DNA of 64,000 bases from an uncultured virus (IMG/VR IMGVR_UViG_3300025174_000013). Lineage: Duplodnaviria > Heunggongvirae > Uroviricota > Caudoviricetes. Below, piece by piece: positions 50,828-59,620 of the stretch (within the stretch, counting starts at the first letter, position 1; every line of letters starts with the position of its first letter). Where the stretch lies: positions 1 to 64,000 of IMG/VR virus record IMGVR_UViG_3300025174_000013; one strand, given 5' to 3'. A program made the position numbers and the translations under genes. The notes under the pieces are model-generated. The model was given only the letters and a program-made list of their open reading frames with translations. It had not been told where the DNA came from and ran no database searches.

Positions 50828-53800
50828 ATGATGAAAGAATATGAATCAGACGAAGGAAGATGGGATTATACGGAAGGCGACAAGCCTGAATCACAAACAA
50901 CTGATTATGATCCAGAAGAATTAGAAAGAGCAAGAATAAGAATGAAAGCAGAAAAGAAAAGAATAGAAGATCCAGAAATAGGTGTATTCGATTGGGAACT
51001 TGAAAAATCTGGAGAACCATTTCAAAAGGGACAAGAAATGGATATAAGCCACAAAAAATGTCCACATTGTAATTTTGAAACTTCATTTAAACCTGATGAC
51101 CTTTGGCAAGAAACAGATGCTGATACTGAATTAGATACACATATTAGAAATAAACATGGAATTAATGAGTCAACATCAACAGAAAGTGTAACAAGTTGGT
51201 GGGGTAGTGCAAGTCCAAAGAACTTAGAGTTCAGAAGCAAGGCATTAGATAAAATTAATGCAAATACAGATTTACAAGATAAAGAGTTTTGGGAATTACC
51301 TGAAGATATACAAGATAATATTTATGAACTTTATACAAGTGGATATAGTAATGAAGCAACTGAGGAACGAATTAATACAGATACATACCACTATGATTAT
51401 AGTGATTATTGGAAAAAAGGAGATTCTTATGTAAGAGCAGGATTAGCAATGGGATCTGGACTTTCAACAGATACAGCTAATAAAGAATGGGATGAACTTA
51501 CGAAAGAAGAACAAATAAAGATTTTAGAATCGGGTTATGTAACGTCTTATGAATCAGTGGCAGAAGAAGATGGACAATGGGTAGACTTTGATGATAATCA
51601 CAGAGTAAGACAACCAACAATTAGTGATATTCCAGATATAGCAAAAAGCATGTTTCAAGGTTATAGTCAAAAATTAAAGAAAAAATTTGGTGATGAAGAT
51701 ATAGACGGTCATACTCCAGAGGAAATGATAAAAAGAGAACATGAATTAATGGGAGAACAACCAAAGGAAGAAGAAAAGAAAATACATCAACAACTTGAGA
51801 AAGAATTTGGTGATGAAGAATCAACTGTAAGTGTATCAGGCCCTCCCGCGGGAACACAACCCCCAGCAAATATATGGGATGATTTAGATAAAGCAGAAGA
51901 AGACTTTGTAGAACAAGAACATCCACGGGAACAAACAGGAAAATTTACAACTAAAGGTGGAGGAAGTTCAAAAGCAGGACAACCAAAAGAAAAAAGCAAG
52001 AAAGAATTTACACTTAAAGATTATGAAAGAAATGAAGGTAGAAATGCTCATACATTAAATGCATTAAACTTGGTAAAAAAATATGGTACGCCAGAAGAAA
52101 TTAAAGAAATGGAAGAAATAAAAGATAGACATGATAAAAGTGAACACGGTATCAATCATGATGATTATAAAAGAAGATATGATATATCACAAAAATATTA
52201 TGATAAATTAGTTGAAGATGAAACAGGGGAAAAACCATTTTGGGCTAAAGATGAACCAAAAACAGAAAAACCAAAAGAAGAAAAGAGGTTTACACTTAAA
52301 CAATATGAAAGAAACGAAGATGTAAATAACCATGGTAAAAATGCACAGTTATTGGTAAAACAATATGGTACTCCAGAAGAACTTGAAGAAATAAATGCTA
52401 TATTAAAAAGAAATCCAAATGGATATAGTGGTGTTGATGGACATGCTGATTATCAAAGAAGACATGAAATATCAAACAAATATTATGATAAGTTAGTGGA
52501 AGATGAAACTAAATCTAATGAATCAAATGCAAATGAATTTGAGCCAGAAAGACAAGGAAGAAAAGTTAAGATTAACAAGGGAACTTATGCGGGACAAACA
52601 GGGAGAGTAGGAGCAATACCATTAATAGATGATAGTTCATTTTTTGTAAGAGTAGATGGAGTTCACAATGAATATGAAGATGGGATACAAGTAAATGTAA
52701 ACGATGTCACATTCTTGGGGGGAGAAGTAAAATATGATTTGTATGAAAAAGTTGAAGAGGTCAAAATACCAAATCAAGATATAGAACTTCATAAATATGT
52801 ATGGGAATCAATGTACGGATATGGTAGTGCAACAGGAAGAATGTCACCAGTTGAAGATTGGAACCAAGGAGGAAGTTTTGAACATCCATACAGTGAAATA
52901 TTTCGTGAATTTAGAGGATTAAAATGGAGTGAATTACCCAAAGATATACAAGATGCATGGAAAGCAGAAAGGGATTATGCACCATATGATAGTGAATCAC
53001 ATGTAAAATCTGATATAAAAGGTTGGTTAGATAAAACTTTTCCTACAGAATATGAAGAACCACAAAAAGGACTTGATTCAGAAACAAAAGCCGATGAAGA
53101 TTGGTATGATACAGATGATTCAAATTACAAGCCAGAAGTATTAAAATATAAAATAGTAACGTCATTAGGAAATGACTGGGGACTTCAAACTAATAGTAAA
53201 GCAGAAGCACAAAGAGCAGTTGATGAATGGAATAATGATTATGAGAAATCAGTTAGTGGATCATTACCATATACATTAAAAATAGTTGATAATGAATCAG
53301 TAGATGATCCAAAAGATATTAAACTTTTAGATAGATTATTGGATAATGAATTAGAAGAGGAAAAAGAAGGTGAAGATGAAGAAGAAGATATTGCAATATT
53401 ACTACAATTATTAGCCCCTGATGAAAAAGCCAATGAAGTAGATCCAAATTGTCCAGAATGTGGAGGAGATGGATATATAGACGTACCAAGTAGATGGTCT
53501 TCTGATGGTTTAAGACAAGAACCATGTCCTAGATGTGGGGGAGAAGATGATTATCATGATACATATGATGAATCATACAAAAAAAAAGCTACTGAATTAG
53601 ATTCTATTTATAAACAATTCACAGGTCAAATAAATGCACCAACAGGTAAAGGTATAATGGATAGTGTGAGGGGATATAGTGAACCTGAAGCAGATGGACA
53701 AGATTTGACTGGTACTACAGCAAATGAGGAAATAATAGAAAAAACTCCACCTAAAATTAATTATCAATATTATAAACAATATCCATTTGGTAGAATACAA

Positions 53801-54595
53801 AAAGGATTTTTTGGGGAAGTAGATAGAAAATGGTGGGAAACTGCATCATATGAAGAGAAAGCAAAAGAATTAAGTGATATAGGATTTGGAATGGGTGCTG
53901 ATATAGGCGAGAAAGGAAATCCATTAGCAAGAAGAAGTTGGGACGACCTACCAAATGAAGCAAGACAACAATGGGGTTATTTTGGTAATGAAGTGGAGCT
54001 GTCAACAATGTACCAAGCAAGAGATTGGTGGGACAAAAAATATCCAGATAGACTATGGAAGGATATGCATATAGACGGAAGACAAAGAGCAATCATGGCA
54101 TTTTTAAGAGATCCAGACACTGAGTTAAAATCAGAGGAAGGAGGTCAAGGTAGTGGAAGAAAACCATATGCAAGTAAAGACCCAGCAAGAAAAGACAGAG
54201 CACATGTAGGTTGGAAGAATCAAGGAATAGATAAATATACAGATTTGGCAATGAAAGATTATTTAACGGGAAAAAAATCAACTCCAGAAGAATATGAATA
54301 TGCTGGATATCATGCCTCAAAAGAAGTAGAGGATCAAAAATGTGAAGGTTGTGGTAGAGAAGAAGATTATTTAAATGATGATAATTTATGCGAAGATTGC
54401 GAAAGAGAAGCAGGGATAGATCGCGAAGAATCAAAACGTGATGCTTATGAAGGTGGAAAAGGAAGTGGTAAAAAAGGACATCAACAATGGATGAGATCAT
54501 TGGAAGAAGATCCATCTTATGGTGAATGTAAAAATTGTAAAGTTATTACCGAAAAAGTTAATAATAAATGCCAAATGTGTGGTAGAAAGTACTAA
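50828..54595 (+). CDS. Acidic modular polyprotein 3
   Basis: 1255 aa; zinc fingers, a KOW motif (GRKVKINKGTYAGQTGRV), a duplicated 75 aa domain, HPRxxxGKF and GGxGSG motifs, ESNANE / ETKADE / EKANE / KKATE linkers. Confidence 0.75.
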   Translation: MMKEYESDEGRWDYTEGDKPESQTTDYDPEELERARIRMKAEKKRIEDPEIGVFDWELEKSGEPFQKGQEMDISHKKCPHCNFETSFKPDDLWQETDADTELDTHIRNKHGINESTSTESVTSWWGSASPKNLEFRSKALDKINANTDLQDKEFWELPEDIQDNIYELYTSGYSNEATEERINTDTYHYDYSDYWKKGDSYVRAGLAMGSGLSTDTANKEWDELTKEEQIKILESGYVTSYESVAEEDGQWVDFDDNHRVRQPTISDIPDIAKSMFQGYSQKLKKKFGDEDIDGHTPEEMIKREHELMGEQPKEEEKKIHQQLEKEFGDEESTVSVSGPPAGTQPPANIWDDLDKAEEDFVEQEHPREQTGKFTTKGGGSSKAGQPKEKSKKEFTLKDYERNEGRNAHTLNALNLVKKYGTPEEIKEMEEIKDRHDKSEHGINHDDYKRRYDISQKYYDKLVEDETGEKPFWAKDEPKTEKPKEEKRFTLKQYERNEDVNNHGKNAQLLVKQYGTPEELEEINAILKRNPNGYSGVDGHADYQRRHEISNKYYDKLVEDETKSNESNANEFEPERQGRKVKINKGTYAGQTGRVGAIPLIDDSSFFVRVDGVHNEYEDGIQVNVNDVTFLGGEVKYDLYEKVEEVKIPNQDIELHKYVWESMYGYGSATGRMSPVEDWNQGGSFEHPYSEIFREFRGLKWSELPKDIQDAWKAERDYAPYDSESHVKSDIKGWLDKTFPTEYEEPQKGLDSETKADEDWYDTDDSNYKPEVLKYKIVTSLGNDWGLQTNSKAEAQRAVDEWNNDYEKSVSGSLPYTLKIVDNESVDDPKDIKLLDRLLDNELEEEKEGEDEEEDIAILLQLLAPDEKANEVDPNCPECGGDGYIDVPSRWSSDGLRQEPCPRCGGEDDYHDTYDESYKKKATELDSIYKQFTGQINAPTGKGIMDSVRGYSEPEADGQDLTGTTANEEIIEKTPPKINYQYYKQYPFGRIQKGFFGEVDRKWWETASYEEKAKELSDIGFGMGADIGEKGNPLARRSWDDLPNEARQQWGYFGNEVELSTMYQARDWWDKKYPDRLWKDMHIDGRQRAIMAFLRDPDTELKSEEGGQGSGRKPYASKDPARKDRAHVGWKNQGIDKYTDLAMKDYLTGKKSTPEEYEYAGYHASKEVEDQKCEGCGREEDYLNDDNLCEDCEREAGIDREESKRDAYEGGKGSGKKGHQQWMRSLEEDPSYGECKNCKVITEKVNNKCQMCGRKY

Positions 54596-54627
54596 TCATT
54601 TAAATTAGACTGTAATGTGAATATAAC

Positions 54628-55062
54628 ATGGGTAAAAATTGGCAATATAAGAAAGGTGCTTCTTTTGAATATGAATGGTTATATTATTGTCTTTACCATC
54701 ATTTTGATAATGTAAGATCATATGCATCTAAAGGAGTTGCTGACGTTAGATCAATTCCTCCACGATGGGCAAATAATTCAATAGCCCTTTATGCCCAATG
54801 TAAAAATACGGCAAAAGAAGATTATGTTCCTCCAGATGAAAGAAACGAATTGGAAGAATGTAGTAAAAAGTTTTTTTGTTTGGTTATAGAACCATTTAAG
54901 AAGGATAGAACATGTTTGGTTAAAATTGAACCATGGAAGTTAAATGGGGAAATAATGACTCCAGAAGCGTTTATGGCTAAGTATTATGGGTTACAGGCAT
55001 CGACATGGGCGGAATGGCGAAAAGACTGGTATACGAACAAAATAAAAAGAAAACCTTTATAA
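54628..55062 (+). CDS. Hjc-like Holliday junction resolvase
   Basis: YKKGASFE, RSYASKGVADV, AQCK. Confidence 0.7.
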   Translation: MGKNWQYKKGASFEYEWLYYCLYHHFDNVRSYASKGVADVRSIPPRWANNSIALYAQCKNTAKEDYVPPDERNELEECSKKFFCLVIEPFKKDRTCLVKIEPWKLNGEIMTPEAFMAKYYGLQASTWAEWRKDWYTNKIKRKPL

Positions 55063-55172
55063 GTAGTATATATATAGAAATAATGACGGTTGAAAAGCCA
55101 TTCGGACATTCTAGATACGGTCTGATAAAATACCTTTTATCTATTAATATATGAGAAAAGGTTATACAAATT

Positions 55173-56003
55173 ATGCAAAAACTGGCATCACTATTAGCGA
55201 TTTTGTTAATCGTGGGATTATTAGGTACAAATTTCGCATATGGGGATTATACAGAATACATGAAAATAAGAATAGAATCTGATAAACCAAATGTTTGTGT
55301 ATTTGAAGCCGAAAACCCACAAGTAGATTTTGCAAAAAGAGGACTTTATAAAAAAACCGTAAAATGGATAAGTGAATGGTCTAAACAACTGGAAAAAGAA
55401 GCCAATGGAGGTAATTGGGATTTTACATATGAATTCATACATAATTCTACTCACTTTGATAAAAAACCAACAGATTTCCCTCAATGTAATGTATTGATAG
55501 TATTTGATGCCGAGAATTTAAATCCAATAGAAAGTGATTTAGGTATGGCACAAGGATACACATCTTTTGATTATAGAAGTTCAACTCATAAATTTTCATT
55601 TATAGATATTTTCACATTTGCACCAACAAATGAAATAAATTTAGGTCAATTAGATTTTACCAATATGACAAAAAATGCAGATGGCTCATATGAAGTAAAA
55701 TTAGGTAAAGAAATGTTTACATCAGAACCAATTTCTGATGAAGCAATTAGAATAGTTATTCAACATGAATTTGCTCATGCAATGGGATTAGGTCATTGGA
55801 GTGATACAACCAAAAATGATTTTAAATCGATCATGGTTCCACAATTTGATGTACGAGCAAAAGGATTAGAAAATATAAAAATAACACTTGATGATATCAA
55901 GGCATTAATAGAACTTTATGGTGAAGATGGATTTAGTAAATATTATCAAGTTCTAATTCCAGATTTAGCATATGGATGGGAAAAATCAGTAATGAAAAAT
56001 TAG
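55173..56003 (+). CDS. Secreted or membrane-anchored matrixin (M10-like) metalloprotease
   Basis: Hydrophobic signal peptide; HEFAHAMGLGH; Met-turn SIM; DIKALIELYG. Confidence 0.85.
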   Translation: MQKLASLLAILLIVGLLGTNFAYGDYTEYMKIRIESDKPNVCVFEAENPQVDFAKRGLYKKTVKWISEWSKQLEKEANGGNWDFTYEFIHNSTHFDKKPTDFPQCNVLIVFDAENLNPIESDLGMAQGYTSFDYRSSTHKFSFIDIFTFAPTNEINLGQLDFTNMTKNADGSYEVKLGKEMFTSEPISDEAIRIVIQHEFAHAMGLGHWSDTTKNDFKSIMVPQFDVRAKGLENIKITLDDIKALIELYGEDGFSKYYQVLIPDLAYGWEKSVMKN

Positions 56004-56024
56004 ATTTCTGTACGTTTATATTGG

Positions 56025-56234
56025 GTGATCTGGCTTTATATACAGGGCATGACGCGTTGTAGACTTTGTGAGAGTGTTCACCGTAAGGGAAGAGGGGAAT
56101 CTTGGGATAATATGATGTGTAAAACATGCTACATACTTTTGGATAATTTTACATGGAGTAATAGATGGGGTATAGTAAAAACATATCTATCAACAAAAGA
56201 TTTCTTAATAGACGCACAACTGATTGAAAAATAA
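56025..56234 (+). CDS. Small zinc-finger protein
   Basis: CRLC...CKTC. Confidence 0.5.
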   Translation: MIWLYIQGMTRCRLCESVHRKGRGESWDNMMCKTCYILLDNFTWSNRWGIVKTYLSTKDFLIDAQLIEK

Positions 56235-57304
56235 TGGAAATTATATTTAATGAAAAAGAATGGAAGGAAGCTAACGAAAAATACATAGAAGAATCAATAA
56301 AAGATGAAATTTTAAAAAGAATAAGAAAAAGAAAAATGGAGTTACCATATCCTAAAGTAACGTTGGATGAGGCAAAAGAAGATTTTAAAAAATTACAGGG
56401 ATTAAACACTGAAGAATTATGGAAAAATGGTGATTTTTATTTCAAATATGATTACGAATTACCTCATGGAGATACATATATTGAATTATCCACAATAGGA
56501 AATAAGTCGTCAAATTACTTTCATCAAGAAAACAGAATGAAATGTGACTCGTTAAATTCACCTAGTCCTTATAGGGTATGGAATTCTGATAAGTTTATGA
56601 AGACATTATTTGGTTCGTTATGGACAATGAATGTAAAAGAAGTAAACAGTAAGACTTTATGGAGTTCAATAGTTTTAAGAAAATATGTAGCATCACAATT
56701 TAAACCATCAGTGGCAAAAGCAATTTATAATAAATATAATTCTAAAAACGTTCTTGATTTGTCAATGGGATGGGGTGATAGATTAGCTGGTTTTCATGCA
56801 TCTAACGCGGAAAGATATATTGGTATAGACCCCAACGAGAAATTGTTTAGTGGATATGGAGATCAATATCTGACATATAGGACTGGAAAAGAGTCATTAT
56901 TTATAATAAAGCCTGCAGAAGAAGTAGAGTATAAAGGAGAAGAATTTGATACAATATTTACTTCTCCACCATATTTTGATACTGAAAGATATTCCATTGC
57001 AAATACTCAGTCATGGATAAGATATAAAACATTGGATGATTGGCTTACTAAGTTTTTGTTTACTTCAATAGAAAAGGCGTGGGGTGCGTTAAAAAGAGAT
57101 GGAATTCTTTTAATTAATGTTTCTGATGCATATGGTCATCATAAGGTACAAAAAATATGTGACCCCATGAATGAGTTTATAACTACTTTAAAGGGTGCTG
57201 AATATGAGGATGCCATAGGAATGAGAATGGCTAAAAGACCAAATCAGAATACTCATAAAGAAGGAATATTTTGTGAACCAATATGGGTATTTCGTAAAAA
57301 GTAA
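56234..57304 (+). CDS. DNA amino-methyltransferase (SPPY type)
   Basis: QFKP, VLDLSMGWGDRL, YIGIDPN, FTSPPYF. Confidence 0.85.
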   Translation: MEIIFNEKEWKEANEKYIEESIKDEILKRIRKRKMELPYPKVTLDEAKEDFKKLQGLNTEELWKNGDFYFKYDYELPHGDTYIELSTIGNKSSNYFHQENRMKCDSLNSPSPYRVWNSDKFMKTLFGSLWTMNVKEVNSKTLWSSIVLRKYVASQFKPSVAKAIYNKYNSKNVLDLSMGWGDRLAGFHASNAERYIGIDPNEKLFSGYGDQYLTYRTGKESLFIIKPAEEVEYKGEEFDTIFTSPPYFDTERYSIANTQSWIRYKTLDDWLTKFLFTSIEKAWGALKRDGILLINVSDAYGHHKVQKICDPMNEFITTLKGAEYEDAIGMRMAKRPNQNTHKEGIFCEPIWVFRKK

Positions 57305-57356
57305 ATGAGGCTATTTTTTGGTGGCTGAATCCTGCCTCAAGGCTTCAATGCATTTC

Positions 57357-57375
57357 AGTTTTTTCCTTTTTTTAT
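57357..57375 (+). terminator. Oligo-T terminator
   Basis: T-run downstream of the methyltransferase. Confidence 0.5.
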
Positions 57376-57466
57376 ACTTGTTAGGAGTCTCAATGACTGC
57401 GTGACTTTCAAGCACTTTTAATAAGAACAATAGGAAATATAAACTTTATTTTGTACAACTTTACAC

Positions 57467-57495
57467 ACAAGGGTTTATATACCCCTTAGTACATA
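57467..57495 (+). promoter_or_regulatory. ACAA-N3-TTTATATAC-N6-GTAYATA promoter/operator
   Basis: acaaggg tttatatac ccctta gtacata, 30 nt before ATG 57504. Confidence 0.7.
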
Positions 57496-57503
57496 CCCAT
57501 GAT

Positions 57504-58019
57504 ATGAAACAAACATTAACAACAGAAGACGTAGACTCAATTATTGGTGCTATTGAAATTGCTGAAGATGAAAGCGGTGGAGATTATTCCGACTTAAAAA
57601 CAAAACTTTTAACCATTTATCCAGAAACAAAAGACTTGATTGATGAACGTAATAGAAAATGGCAAGAAGAAAGTGATACACAAAGACTTGCAAGAGAGAG
57701 AATAACAAGAATTATATTTCATGCACTTAAAAAAGGTGAACCAATTATATCTCAATTACAGTACATGATTGGTGGTACAAAAACCTATAATATGATTAGA
57801 AAAAACTATAGTGATGAAATATGTTTATCTGCCGATTTATTCAAGTACCACTTAGAAGATTTAATAGAATTGGGATTAATAGCAGAACTTAGAGATTACA
57901 TTAAACAGGAATCTAAAGAAGATGGCAATGAATGGATGAAAGATCATTATAAAGATAAAGCAGATGACCAATTATGGCATGTATTGGTAAAAATCTTAGA
58001 CAGAGTAAAAAGATCCTAA
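57504..58019 (+). CDS. Hypothetical protein
   Basis: 171 aa, helical, own promoter. Confidence 0.65.
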   Translation: MKQTLTTEDVDSIIGAIEIAEDESGGDYSDLKTKLLTIYPETKDLIDERNRKWQEESDTQRLARERITRIIFHALKKGEPIISQLQYMIGGTKTYNMIRKNYSDEICLSADLFKYHLEDLIELGLIAELRDYIKQESKEDGNEWMKDHYKDKADDQLWHVLVKILDRVKRS

Positions 58020-58052
58020 TCATTTATATTATGTAATTAGTAACTACTTATG

Positions 58053-58189
58053 ATACATATTCCCAAGACAAGCGACCATCATATCGTTTTGTAACTTGGG
58101 GTAATATGTATTTGACCACGGACAACGGTTTAGGGAATTTTTCCGTGATTTCATTGTCAGATAGGTGCCTCTGTCCGTGGAGCCCTATC
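58053..58189 (+). ncRNA. Candidate structured RNA or origin element
   Basis: Long hairpin 58053-58111 and a 9-bp GC stem 58116-58124/58172-58180; TATA at 58023. Confidence 0.4.
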
Positions 58190-58223
58190 AATTTATATTA
58201 AGGCTTAACATAAATGTGGTAAT

Positions 58224-59207
58224 ATGATTCAAGGATTTGTAAAGCTTTACAGGGAAAAAGGACTAAATGTAATACCACTTAAACCAAAGTCTAAATTTCC
58301 AGATGAAACAAACATGCCAATAAATCCACAAACTGGTAAGCGTGGTTGGAAAATATATCAAACTGAAAAGTGTAATATAGAAATTAAAGAAGGGCAAAAT
58401 GGAGCAGTGCTTTGTGGTGAATCATCGGGTAATTTAGTGGTTATAGACCTTGATGATCGTGAGTTATCAAAAGTTTTTGATGACTGGGAAAAAAGAAAAA
58501 ATGAAACATTAATAGTTGAAACTGGAAAAGGATATCACGTATGTGTTAAACCAAAAGGAAAGTTGCCAGAAAAAAGCTTAAGATTAATAAATGATAAAGG
58601 TCAACGTATAGACATTCAATCACAAGGAACTTACGTATTAATTCCGGGTTCAATTAATCCAGAGACTGGTAAAGAATATAAAATAATTTCAAGTACATTG
58701 GATATACAGGATATAGACTTGGATGGTTTCATTAATAGTTTATCGAATCATGGGTTCAATCCAGAACGTATAAAGAAAGGAGTTGTTGAAATTTTAAAAG
58801 GTGTAAAAGAAGGAGAAAGAGATTATAGTGTATACACGCTTGGGGTAGCGATGAGACATAGTTTTGGTTTAAAAGATGCTGGATTATTATCATATCTAAA
58901 TCATTTTAATCAAACATCGGTATTTCCCCCACTGCCAGATGTAGTGATAAAACAAAAAGTTCAAAGTGTGATGAACGCCGATGTTGAGAAAATTAGATTT
59001 AAAGAATTTTTAGAGAAATTTGATTTAAAAGAAGTAAAATTGAAATATGACGATAATTTTTGGAAAGATGTAGAAGATTTACGTATACACAATAAACTTC
59101 AATCTAAAGATTTAAAACTTGAATGTGTAATTTGTAAAAAATTGGTAGCATATAATCCACAAGATACTACACATAGGGGGCACATCATTACAATTATATA
59201 CAAGTAA
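58224..59207 (+). CDS. Bifunctional primase-polymerase with PriCT-like domain
   Basis: GLNVIPL, NGAVLCG, LVVIDLD, VETGKGYH, IDIQ...YVLIPGS, GVKEGERD...PPL. Confidence 0.88.
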   Translation: MIQGFVKLYREKGLNVIPLKPKSKFPDETNMPINPQTGKRGWKIYQTEKCNIEIKEGQNGAVLCGESSGNLVVIDLDDRELSKVFDDWEKRKNETLIVETGKGYHVCVKPKGKLPEKSLRLINDKGQRIDIQSQGTYVLIPGSINPETGKEYKIISSTLDIQDIDLDGFINSLSNHGFNPERIKKGVVEILKGVKEGERDYSVYTLGVAMRHSFGLKDAGLLSYLNHFNQTSVFPPLPDVVIKQKVQSVMNADVEKIRFKEFLEKFDLKEVKLKYDDNFWKDVEDLRIHNKLQSKDLKLECVICKKLVAYNPQDTTHRGHIITIIYK

Positions 59208-59220
59208 TACATTATACTAT

Positions 59221-59360
59221 GTAGGACTTTCAAGGGGTTTCAATATGAGGGCTAATAACCCAATGACCTGATAAAGCTGAAGTCGTGGTGGCTTTATCAA
59301 ACGTGTAGTGGTGATGAAGGTATTAGATTGTTCGATAAACTGAGCCACTTTAAGAACACG
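59221..59360 (+). ncRNA. Candidate structured RNA with box C/D-like elements
   Basis: 9-bp stem TGATAAAGC/GCTTTATCA; GTGATGA...CTGA enclosed by AGTGG/CCACT and CGTGT/ACACG. Confidence 0.35.
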
Positions 59361-59415
59361 CAATTTAAATAGAACCACTGTATAGTAATTATGTGAAAAG
59401 TATGAGTCATACATA

Positions 59416-59598
59416 ATGCCTTATACAAGAGTACCATATACCGACACTCGTAAAAAGCGACAAATTTTACGATATCGCCGATATGTGCGAAGAAAAGCAC
59501 GAGGACATAGCCACCAAATATATGAAATAAAGAACACAAAAGGGCTAATCGTGAGCAGATGTAGAATCTGCAAATTTCATTTTTTTAAATTTATATAA
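59416..59598 (+). CDS. Small Arg-rich His/Cys protein
   Basis: 60 aa; HSH...CRIC; TATA-like tttaaata upstream. Confidence 0.45.
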   Translation: MPYTRVPYTDTRKKRQILRYRRYVRRKARGHSHQIYEIKNTKGLIVSRCRICKFHFFKFI

Positions 59599-59620
59599 GG
59601 ATGATATGTTATAGGATAGT

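Noticed and set aside
46036..54595. CRISPR array or DGR reading of the 18-bp repeats
   Set aside because: Repeats are degenerate, in frame and irregularly spaced; no cas operon, reverse transcriptase or adenine-specific TR/VR pair seen
55083..55154. Two tiny hairpins or a 23-aa upstream ORF before the matrixin gene
   Set aside because: Stems are 4-6 bp with wobbles; cannot be told from chance
57305..57420. tRNA-like element (GGTGGCTGAATCC...)
   Set aside because: No cloverleaf or T-loop consensus; only a weak GAGGC/GCCTC stem and a T-tract
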